64,000 nt of DNA, from IMG/VR virus record IMGVR_UViG_3300032270_001329, positions 2,440-66,439 of that record; one strand, written 5' to 3'. A program made the translations under genes and the position numbers. The first letter of the stretch is position 1. Each line of letters begins with the position of its first letter. The notes beneath the pieces are model-generated. The model saw nothing but the letters and a program-made list of their open reading frames with translations, ran no database searches and had not been told where the DNA came from. The DNA comes from a virus (taxonomy: Duplodnaviria > Caudoviricetes). Positions 18,608 through 25,830 of the stretch are shown one piece after another.

Positions 18608-18850
18608 ATGTTCGGTTTTGGTTCTCTCTGCGGACTCGCAGGGTCTGCTCTTTTGTGCGGATCAGCAACTGTTCCTCCTCCTAACTTAGGTTATGGCCCA
18701 GCGGCTTATGCCCCTTACGCCGGTCTCGCAGCTGGTTACGCAGCACAACCGGGCTTCGTTTCTCAACCCGTTACTGGGTGTGTCAACGTCGCCCCTTACG
18801 GCGGTTACGCTCCCTACGGAAACTACGGAATGTGTGCAACTGTATGGTGA
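18608..18850 (+). CDS. Putative secreted Y/A/P/G-rich peptide
   Basis: Hydrophobic N-terminus with Cys; YAPY twice plus VAPY. Confidence 0.6.
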   Translation: MFGFGSLCGLAGSALLCGSATVPPPNLGYGPAAYAPYAGLAAGYAAQPGFVSQPVTGCVNVAPYGGYAPYGNYGMCATVW

Positions 18851-19070
18851 CATCTGGAGAATTGTCTACAGGTTCAGCGCCAGGGTCAATCAAGTAGCTG
18901 TTGTCTTTGTTGCTGCAACCCTAATGGCGGCACTAGTACAACAGTACGGTCCAAATGCCCTGGTCTGGATCCGAAAGAACATGTCCAAGTTTCTGTACCA
19001 GGTGGCCTATCGCCTTCAAATCAAAGAACCTCTCAAGCTAAGTTCACCTGTCATTGACATCAAGATGTGA
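18834..19070 (+). CDS. Small membrane protein
   Basis: TM segment VAVVFVAATLMAALV; GTG start inferred. Confidence 0.45.
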   Translation: MQLYGDIWRIVYRFSARVNQVAVVFVAATLMAALVQQYGPNALVWIRKNMSKFLYQVAYRLQIKEPLKLSSPVIDIKM

Positions 19071-19255
19071 TGACCTACCAAGAACTTCTAGAAGAGCTAC
19101 AAAACTTCAATGAAGAACAACTCAAATCAGAGGTGTCCATTTACATCCGAGATTTGAGCCAGTCTTTCCCTGTTTGTGATGCAATCTATTTGGCAACAAC
19201 AGAAGACGAAGAAGGTCGCATCACACAAACAAATCAACCTTACTTGATGCTTTGA
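19067..19255 (+). CDS. Hypothetical protein
   Basis: MTYQELLEELQNFNEEQL, a common phage N-terminus. Confidence 0.6.
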   Translation: MMTYQELLEELQNFNEEQLKSEVSIYIRDLSQSFPVCDAIYLATTEDEEGRITQTNQPYLML

Positions 19256-19521
19256 TGTATCGAACCAAATCGCATCAGTTCTACAAACCCAACCCACAGC
19301 ACGCCAGGGTTAGGCAGTTCTGGAAGGTCTACCGAAAGGTCAAGATGGTCATTGGCATCATCTATGACGCCAGTGCTGTCCTGGTGGTGCTGCTCAGCTT
19401 TGATCGCATCTACAAGTTCAGGAGCTGGAGAGTCCTCAAGCCTTGGCAGGTCGCCACGCTGATCGAGAAAGTGCCCAAACTGTTCCGTACACTACGGCAC
19501 AATCTGAGCTACGGACTCTAA
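19255..19521 (+). CDS. Basic hypothetical protein
   Basis: 88 aa, coupled to the upstream stop. Confidence 0.5.
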   Translation: MYRTKSHQFYKPNPQHARVRQFWKVYRKVKMVIGIIYDASAVLVVLLSFDRIYKFRSWRVLKPWQVATLIEKVPKLFRTLRHNLSYGL

Positions 19522-19680
19522 TAAATTTTTAAGATTTCAGCCATGATTCGATAAGTAAAATTTAATGGTCTCTTCAGCTCTCCTAGGAACCTGTCAGCTA
19601 CCTTGGTTTGTCCCAAATCCCTGTGCTGACAGGCTTTCTCATGAATACAAACCCCTGCTCATGTGAAGGTTTATTCCCCG

Positions 19681-19693
19681 CATAATTAAGTAC
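19681..19693 (+). promoter_or_regulatory. Putative promoter motif CATAATTAAGTAC, copy 1
   Basis: Identical 13-mer at 36590-36602; CATAAT is -10-like. Confidence 0.55.
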
Positions 19694-19709
19694 GCGGTGA
19701 AAGAAAAAC

Positions 19710-19880
19710 ATGAGCACGATCAATCCGGAGAGCTCTATCAAGCTGGCGTGGGCGATACTTGCACAACGTCCTGATGGGAAGAGCGAAGTCATCAAAATCA
19801 CAAACCATGAAGAAGCGGACCAGGCTGTCCATGACAATCCAGGTCTGTTCTACAAATCAGGACCCTTCACGTTAAACTGA
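19710..19880 (+). CDS. 56-aa hypothetical protein
   Basis: MSTINPESSIKLAWAILAQRPDGKSEVIKITNHEEADQAVHDNPGLFYKSGPFTLN. Confidence 0.55.
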   Translation: MSTINPESSIKLAWAILAQRPDGKSEVIKITNHEEADQAVHDNPGLFYKSGPFTLN

Positions 19881-19892
19881 CTTTTTTCCTGA

Positions 19893-20087
19893 ATGGATCT
19901 CGTCGCCACGGGCTACCTTGTCCTGATGCATCACAATGAGGGAGGTACCTTTGCACCTGCCTTTCAGACACTTGATGATGCAGAAGAGTTTGCCAACGCC
20001 ATGAGGCTCTTCACAGATGACATTGCCATCAGTGAGCCAGTGCCTATGGTTCAGACTGTGCACAAGAAAGCTCGCCAGGGTTCTTAA
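19893..20087 (+). CDS. Hypothetical protein
   Basis: 64 aa, FQTLDDAEEFAN motif. Confidence 0.6.
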   Translation: MDLVATGYLVLMHHNEGGTFAPAFQTLDDAEEFANAMRLFTDDIAISEPVPMVQTVHKKARQGS

Positions 20088-20115
20088 GCCCTGTCAAAGC
20101 AAGCAAAATAAAAGG

Positions 20116-20151
20116 AGCTGTGTTATCTTTCATGGATAGCACAGCTTTTTT
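20116..20151 (+). terminator. Rho-independent terminator-like hairpin
   Basis: AGCTGTGTTATC-TTTCATG-GATAGCACAGCT followed by a T run. Confidence 0.6.
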
Positions 20152-20153
20152 GT

Positions 20154-20411
20154 ATGGCAACGGTTGTAAGTGTCAGCGTACCTGATGAGTTATACGCCAG
20201 GTGGAAAGATTCCAAACTTGATCTCAGTCCATCTGCTCTCTTCCAGACTGCGCTGGAGACTGAACTGAACAAAACAAATCAACACCTCACCTATTGGAGC
20301 AACCGTGCATTAAATGCTGAAAAGAAACTAAAGACTATTCAGAATCTGATCAACACTCCGGACAAAGACATCAAGAAGTTTCTCCTTCTAGAAGACATCT
20401 CAAGTCGATAG
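20154..20411 (+). CDS. Ribbon-helix-helix (CcdA/CopG-like) protein
   Basis: VVSVSVPDELYARWK...SPSALFQTALETEL. Confidence 0.65.
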   Translation: MATVVSVSVPDELYARWKDSKLDLSPSALFQTALETELNKTNQHLTYWSNRALNAEKKLKTIQNLINTPDKDIKKFLLLEDISSR

Positions 20412-20440
20412 TCTTCTGGGATACAGTAACTTTCAGTCTT

Positions 20441-20456
20441 TGTACCTATTGATACA
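20441..20456. promoter_or_regulatory. NtcA-type box
   Basis: TGTACCTATTGATACA (arms extend to TTTGTA/TACAAA), intergenic, 39 nt upstream of ATG 20496. Confidence 0.55.
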
Positions 20457-20495
20457 AACACTTACCTCTAGAATAAGTAGAAATGGGTTATATCA

Positions 20496-20690
20496 ATGTA
20501 CCCAAGCTACTGTTTAGCCTTGTCCGAGAGCATGAAGTTGGAATTGAATGATCACTTTAAGCGAATGAAGGAGATGGGCATGTTCAGTAAAGAGATGACC
20601 TTCCTTGATTTCGTTGACGAATGTTTCGCTCGTGGGTACAACGACTACCTCAAAGAGCTGTCCGTCATCGAAGGACTGAACGACATCTAG
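20496..20690 (+). CDS. Hypothetical protein
   Basis: 64 aa helical. Confidence 0.55.
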   Translation: MYPSYCLALSESMKLELNDHFKRMKEMGMFSKEMTFLDFVDECFARGYNDYLKELSVIEGLNDI

Positions 20691-20827
20691 CGAATCATTA
20701 AGACAACATAAATATTCAGAATAATTAAAGATTCTATTTGTCAGTCTGTAGCACAGTTCAAATACAGACACATTTTAAATTGCAAAAAATTTAATAAATG
20801 GGGCGTCCCGACAAGTTCCCCGCCACG

Positions 20828-20892
20828 AAAGAATATATACATATAAATAAGTATATATAAATAGATAAGTATATAGATATAGAGAATAAAAA
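20828..20892. other. Extremely AT-rich tract with direct repeats (candidate origin/unwinding element)
   Basis: One C in 65 nt; ATAAGTATATA at 20847 and 20865; within a ~350-nt gene-free gap. Confidence 0.5.
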
Positions 20893-21048
20893 GCGCCAGC
20901 CCCTTGCTGCAAACTCATGCGCCTAATAAAAAAGGCCAGGGAACCACCCCCGGCCTTGTCATGCTTTGCACACTCTTGCAATCTAGCGAATTTTCACTAC
21001 ACTGGTCAAGCAATCGACCCATCCCGCTTGCACACTACGTTTTCAACC

Positions 21049-21477
21049 ATGAACCCTTTCGACTTCAAGACTGTCCAGCACCTGGACATCACCGCTGCTG
21101 ACGCGCCCTCGATGGATGTCAAGGACGGTCAGATCATCCTGATGGCCGAGCGCAACGGTGCTCGCATCATGATCACCGCTCCTCTTAATGGCATCATGCC
21201 TCGTGTGGCGAAGACCACCGTGCGTAAGCCTGCTCGGAGCGTGGCTGTCTCGACGACAACCAGCAAGCCTCGTCCTTCTATGCAGGGTGCGAACAACTCT
21301 CTGTCCAAGCTCAATGAAGCTCAGGTCAAAGAGATCCGCGCCATTGCCGCAGATCGAGACCAGCGTCGTAAGTATGGAACCAAAGTCGCCATGTACCGCG
21401 ATCTGGCCTCCCGTTACGGCGTCCACACGCTGACCGTCAAGAACATCATTGATCGCGTTAGCTGGAAGCACATCTGA
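21049..21477 (+). CDS. DNA-binding protein with C-terminal HTH
   Basis: SKLNEAQVKEIR...DLASRYGVHTLTVKNII. Confidence 0.65.
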   Translation: MNPFDFKTVQHLDITAADAPSMDVKDGQIILMAERNGARIMITAPLNGIMPRVAKTTVRKPARSVAVSTTTSKPRPSMQGANNSLSKLNEAQVKEIRAIAADRDQRRKYGTKVAMYRDLASRYGVHTLTVKNIIDRVSWKHI

Positions 21478-21890
21478 TGGTAATTAAGACCTACAAAATT
21501 CTCGTCTCTTTCGGAGACGGTAAGCCTGTAGAGTCAACCATCGAAGCTCAGAATGGAATTCTGGCCCAGGACAAAGCACTCGCTGCTAATCCTGGTGCCA
21601 GGTCCATTCGGATCTTGGGTGTTGTCTCTGAGCGGGTTGAGCGTCCCCGCGTTCAGATCCCAAGCCTGCGCCCTGATCTTGTTGTCAAACCAAAGGAAGA
21701 TCCGGTTCACCCGTTGTTCATGGATGTGACGGTTTCAACTGTCAAGAAGCTTGAGCATCAAGACAGGGAGCAGAAGATAAAGGAATGCAGACGCCTGCAT
21801 CAACGCGGTCTGTCCCACAAAGCCATTGCCGCTGAGCTTGGCGTTGGTAAGACCACAGTTGGTAGCTGGCTTAAATTCACGCAATCTTGA
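21477..21890 (+). CDS. HTH protein
   Basis: C-terminal GLSHKAIAAELGVGKTTVGSW. Confidence 0.7.
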   Translation: MVIKTYKILVSFGDGKPVESTIEAQNGILAQDKALAANPGARSIRILGVVSERVERPRVQIPSLRPDLVVKPKEDPVHPLFMDVTVSTVKKLEHQDREQKIKECRRLHQRGLSHKAIAAELGVGKTTVGSWLKFTQS

Positions 21891-21896
21891 ACTGCC

Positions 21897-22088
21897 ATGG
21901 AATCCTCCAGTGATGACGGCCTTACGATCATTTATGACGAAGACACCAGCTCTCTGACCTTTGAGTGGGACAACGAAACTCACCCTGAGTACAACTTTCT
22001 CAATCTTCTGACTCCAGAAGAGTTGAACAAAGTACTCATGGATTACCTCCACCGACTTGAGGCTGAAGATGAAGAACCAACCGTTTAA
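21897..22088 (+). CDS. Small acidic protein
   Basis: 63 aa, D/E-rich, FEWDNETHPEYNFL. Confidence 0.6.
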   Translation: MESSSDDGLTIIYDEDTSSLTFEWDNETHPEYNFLNLLTPEELNKVLMDYLHRLEAEDEEPTV

Positions 22089-22347
22089 GCCAGGTGATCG
22101 GGTTGCTGAGCGGCCCAAGTCTTCTGTCATCCCAGGGCTCCGCAAGGAGTCCCAAGAGATCGTTAGCAAGTACCGGAGCCAACGGTTCGGCACTGTGGTG
22201 GATGTCTTTAAGAAAGGCAACCACACTTATGTCAACGTGCTTTGGGACGGTCTACAGACACCTTCTTCTCACGCACAGATGCGTCTCATCTTGGAGGAGA
22301 AGTTTCCTGAATTGATGAAGGATTACTGCTCAGCCATTGGAGGCTAA
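22069..22347 (+). CDS. SH3/KOW-like small protein
   Basis: FKPGDRV...RFGTVVDV...YVNVLWD. Confidence 0.6.
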   Translation: MKNQPFKPGDRVAERPKSSVIPGLRKESQEIVSKYRSQRFGTVVDVFKKGNHTYVNVLWDGLQTPSSHAQMRLILEEKFPELMKDYCSAIGG

Positions 22348-22349
22348 TC

Positions 22350-22517
22350 ATGAAAGCAAAAACCAGAACAATCCTTGAGATTGCAATCTCTCAAGGCATC
22401 CTTCTCGGCTATGGTCGTGCATTCAAGCATGATCCCAATCCCAGTGAAGAGCGGATTCAACAGTCGATTATGGATCAGATCATGAACTCCATCGATGAGT
22501 ACTTTGATTTCGAATGA
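22350..22517 (+). CDS. 55-aa conserved phage protein
   Basis: MKAKTRTILEIAISQGILLGYGRAFKHDPNPS...IDEYFDFE. Confidence 0.6.
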   Translation: MKAKTRTILEIAISQGILLGYGRAFKHDPNPSEERIQQSIMDQIMNSIDEYFDFE

Positions 22518-22843
22518 AGTGCCGTAGCTGCTCAAGTTCAAATACCAGGGTTACTTGTACAGAGCACCACGAAACTCACACAAAACGTTACTGCAGATGT
22601 CTTGACTGCGGCGAAAAGTTTCGCACAGTTGAGAGATATGAAGTAGCAAAACCAATTCCTTTAGAACCTAAAGTTTTGCAGGGTTGCAACAACCCCAACT
22701 CAAAACTAACTCCACACCAGGTGAAGTTGATCCGTCATCTAAACCAGCAAGGCCGCAGCAATGCACAGATTGCCTTGAAACTTGGTGTGAACAGGTCTAC
22801 AATCTGTCGCATAGTTAACTACAAAACTTACAAAACAGTATGA
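22514..22843 (+). CDS. Zinc-ribbon (NrdR-N-like) plus HTH regulator
   Basis: CRSC...RYCRCLDCGEKFRTVE and a C-terminal HTH. Confidence 0.7.
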   Translation: MKCRSCSSSNTRVTCTEHHETHTKRYCRCLDCGEKFRTVERYEVAKPIPLEPKVLQGCNNPNSKLTPHQVKLIRHLNQQGRSNAQIALKLGVNRSTICRIVNYKTYKTV

Positions 22844-23019
22844 AGACCGAACCGATTCAGGCCTGTGGTAGCTTTGATCCACTGGCTGACGAATACTCAT
22901 TGACAGTCTGCTCTGGCTCGCTGGTCGTCAGCATCGATTTCTTAAAACGAGAGGACATCAAGCACCTGATGTCATGTTTGGAGTGTATGCTTGTTGACGA
23001 GAATACAGAAGCGCAATGA
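22840..23019 (+). CDS. 59-aa hypothetical protein
   Basis: ATGA-coupled at both ends. Confidence 0.5.
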   Translation: MKTEPIQACGSFDPLADEYSLTVCSGSLVVSIDFLKREDIKHLMSCLECMLVDENTEAQ

Positions 23020-23669
23020 GTAGCGTCAAATTGATTTGGGTCACTCCCAACGCAGAGGAGATGATCACGCACATGGCCAGGGTCAGTGCTCCAAAGAATC
23101 AAGACAACATGGAGACTGCACCCAAGCTGCTGCGTTATCTAATTAAGCACAAGCATCTCAGTCCCTTTGAGATGGCAAACATGTGCGTTGAAATTAATAC
23201 AACCAGGGCAATCTCAGCTCAGATCATTCGACATCGGTCGTTCTCATTCCAGGAATTTAGTCAGAGATATGCCGATACAGGTGAGCTTGGCTCAGCTATT
23301 GTTCCTCACCTGCGTCGTCAGGATCAAAAGAACCGTCAAAATAGCATTGATGATCTTGATGCTGATGCAGTCAGTGGTTATTACCGCCGCATTAGCCAGT
23401 TGTTTGAGGACGCCGAACATCTCTACCGTGAGATGGTTAGTAATGGAGTTGCAAAAGAATGCGCCAGGTCCATCCTGCCGCTTTCAACTCCAACCCGGAT
23501 CTACATGAACGGCACGCTCCGATCATGGCTGACTTATCTGGCGCTGCGAGAGAAGCACGGCACTCAGATGGAGCACATGGTCCTCGCCAAGGACATCAAA
23601 ACCATCTTCTGCGGACAGTTTCCTGTCATTGCTGAGGCCATGGGCAATGAAGAAGACTGGGAAGTCTAA
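23016..23669 (+). CDS. thyX: Flavin-dependent thymidylate synthase
   Basis: RHRSFSFQEFSQRY motif, HLSPFE, ECARSILP. Confidence 0.95.
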   Translation: MSSVKLIWVTPNAEEMITHMARVSAPKNQDNMETAPKLLRYLIKHKHLSPFEMANMCVEINTTRAISAQIIRHRSFSFQEFSQRYADTGELGSAIVPHLRRQDQKNRQNSIDDLDADAVSGYYRRISQLFEDAEHLYREMVSNGVAKECARSILPLSTPTRIYMNGTLRSWLTYLALREKHGTQMEHMVLAKDIKTIFCGQFPVIAEAMGNEEDWEV

Positions 23670-23749
23670 TTGAAAATAGACAATTGAATCGATTGCCTGG
23701 GCATCCTCTGGAGTAAGTCCCAGGCTTCGTTGTATTTGCACACACCACG

Positions 23750-24679
23750 ATGGACAACGTCGAAACCAAACCCAAACTGCCCAAGGTTCCTGAGAAGGCA
23801 CTTGAGGCGCTCAAAGAAGGTATCCAATCAGTTCTTGATTCCAAAGACTGGGCTGGATTCCTCTCGGCAATTCGCCAAATCCATGACTACAGCTTCAACA
23901 ACAGGCTGCTGATCATGCTTGGACAAACCAAGCGTGGCTGGCCGTTCAGTCCGCTGGTTGCTGGTAAAACCAAGTGGCAGACCAAGTTCAACCGCAACAT
24001 CAAGAAGGATGAATTTGTTAAGCCCATCTGGATTATTGCGCCAGTCCTGATTAACAAGTCAGATGAGAACGGCAATCCCATTGTCAAGGCTGATGGCACC
24101 ACTGAAAAGATACCGATCCGCTTCCGTGGTGTTCGCGTCTACGACCATCACCAGACGGAGGGAGAAGAGATTCCCACTCCTGACACCTCGGCAATGATGG
24201 ATCAGTTGGACTGCGAAGTCTCTGATCAGGTTCTTGATGGGATGATCTCTGTTGCCAGGCGTCGTCAGGTTCAAGTCCTGCAAGACGTTCCAGAGGTTGA
24301 GATGGGCGCCGCCCTTGGCCGTTGCTGGTTCCAGAACAACGGTCGAGCCGACAAGATCGAGATCAAATCTGGACTAAACTTGGCCACCACAGTCAGCGTT
24401 CTGGCCCATGAGTTGGGTCACGCCATCCTTCACAATCGTGATGAGTACCAGGAACACGACTCCAGCTCCATCAAAGAACTTGAGGCCGAGTCGGTGGCGT
24501 ATCTGGTTTGTTCTTATTACGGTGTGGATCTTGGTGGTCGCAGCTTCCAGTACATTGTTCATCATGGCACTGCGTCTGATGATGTTGTCGCAGACCTCCT
24601 GAAGTCAGGCGACCGCATCTTTCGCGCCTATGACGAAATTGTCACAACGGTCGACCAGGTCTTAAAATCTTCTTTATAA
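23750..24679 (+). CDS. ArdC-like ssDNA-binding protein with zincin-like domain
   Basis: YSFNNRLLI N-domain; LAHELGH and ELEAESVAY. Confidence 0.75.
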   Translation: MDNVETKPKLPKVPEKALEALKEGIQSVLDSKDWAGFLSAIRQIHDYSFNNRLLIMLGQTKRGWPFSPLVAGKTKWQTKFNRNIKKDEFVKPIWIIAPVLINKSDENGNPIVKADGTTEKIPIRFRGVRVYDHHQTEGEEIPTPDTSAMMDQLDCEVSDQVLDGMISVARRRQVQVLQDVPEVEMGAALGRCWFQNNGRADKIEIKSGLNLATTVSVLAHELGHAILHNRDEYQEHDSSSIKELEAESVAYLVCSYYGVDLGGRSFQYIVHHGTASDDVVADLLKSGDRIFRAYDEIVTTVDQVLKSSL

Positions 24680-24682
24680 TTG

Positions 24683-24846
24683 TCCTGGTTCTGCAGACCT
24701 CTGTAGCTACAGACCGGCAGCCAATACTCGTCCCTTGGCTGCCTTCAGGGATTCCGTTGAGTTGAAGCAACGGACATCACGATGAAGCAAGCAGGCTCCG
24801 GGCCGCACCCGGTTGAGTTCCTAATGCGGAACGCCTGCCTTGCTTT
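24683..24846 (+). ncRNA. Candidate structured RNA
   Basis: Several consecutive stems and a three-way junction fill the intergenic gap; TATAAT at 24674-24679. Confidence 0.5.
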
Positions 24847-24892
24847 ATTGGTTAAGGTGCTTACACTATGAAGCAATCAACCGCTTCATTTG

Positions 24893-25441
24893 ATGAAGTA
24901 CCCTTTCCTCAAGATTCTGGAAGAAAACTGGAAGGATGTCCTCGAAGAGCTGGACAACCTCCTTTACAACGAAGTGGTGTCGGGTAAGTCTTACTTCTCC
25001 CCCTGGCACGAGACCGACATCTATGACGGCGGTTGGGATGTCTTTGGTCTCTACGCGTTTGGAGAAAAACTGGAGAGCAACTGCAGTTACTGCCCCAAAA
25101 CAACAGCTCTTGTTGAGCAGGTGCCAGGTCTTGTGACCGCTGGCTTCTCAGCCCTGGAGCCAGAAACCTACATCAAACCCCATGTCGGCTACACCGGTGA
25201 GGTGTTGCGCTGCCATCTCGGATTGATTTCGCCTAAGCGTTCGTCCAATGGACTGAGCCGTGAGCACCCTGTTCCGCTAATCAACTGCGGAATGCGGGTT
25301 GGTGACATCATCTACACCTGGACGCCAGGCAAAGCCTTCGTGTTTGACGACACAGAAGAGCATGAGGCGTTCAACTACGGTGATCGCACCAGGTTTATCT
25401 TGCTGCTTGACTTCAAGCGTGAGGAAAACCCGTCAGACTAA
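24893..25441 (+). CDS. Aspartyl/asparaginyl beta-hydroxylase family (2OG-Fe(II)) protein
   Basis: IKPHVG, LRCHLGL, FVFDDTEEHEAFN..RFILLLD. Confidence 0.88.
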   Translation: MKYPFLKILEENWKDVLEELDNLLYNEVVSGKSYFSPWHETDIYDGGWDVFGLYAFGEKLESNCSYCPKTTALVEQVPGLVTAGFSALEPETYIKPHVGYTGEVLRCHLGLISPKRSSNGLSREHPVPLINCGMRVGDIIYTWTPGKAFVFDDTEEHEAFNYGDRTRFILLLDFKREENPSD

Positions 25442-25585
25442 GCCGCCGACCTGGCAAGGACGGTATTTCTTTCCCCTATACTTCAGCCAGATGTGGGCCG
25501 CATGGACCATGTTCCACCACTGACGGTTGGTTGCAGCTTCTTCTTCCTTGAAGTATTTGCAACCCCGGTAGGTTAGTTGGGTCAT
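25433..25585 (-). CDS. DUF4278-like 50-aa protein
   Basis: Manual translation MTQLTYRGCKY...WLKYRGKKY: two YRGxxY motifs typical of cyanobacterial DUF4278. Confidence 0.7.
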   Translation of the reverse strand: MTQLTYRGCKYFKEEEAATNRQWWNMVHAAHIWLKYRGKKYRPCQVGGLV

Positions 25586-25619
25586 TTTAATAACCACATA
25601 CACATAACTGTATGAGGTT

Positions 25620-25635
25620 TGTATAAATTACTACC
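25620..25635. promoter_or_regulatory. NtcA-type box
   Basis: TGTATAAATTACTACC (GTA-N8-TAC), 34 nt upstream of the DUF4278-like ATG; shares AATTACTAC with the 16746 box. Confidence 0.55.
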
Positions 25636-25672
25636 GTTTAGTGTGTAACACTAACTGTTAAATGATTATTAA

Positions 25673-25790
25673 TATGGGGGTGCAGCCGTACCTTAGCTAC
25701 TCGGCGCGGCTGTTCAGTTACCAGGCGTTGGAAACAGCAAAAACAACGCCTCCCCCGTAATAAGGCCCTACCGCTGTTCTTCTTCGGGCC
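25673..25790 (+). ncRNA. Candidate structured RNA with three-way junction and kissing loops
   Basis: Four stems of 5-8 bp and 6-nt loop-loop complementarity. Confidence 0.55.
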
Positions 25791-25830
25791 ACTCGTATAA
25801 TAGGTCTTATGTGCTTAGTTTCGATGCCCT

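Noticed and set aside
25586-25790. Glutamine riboswitch upstream of the DUF4278-like gene
   Set aside because: Expected from family knowledge, but I cannot find the CGUUC...GAACG closing stem or E-loop on the minus strand; the structured element nearby appears to favour the + strand.
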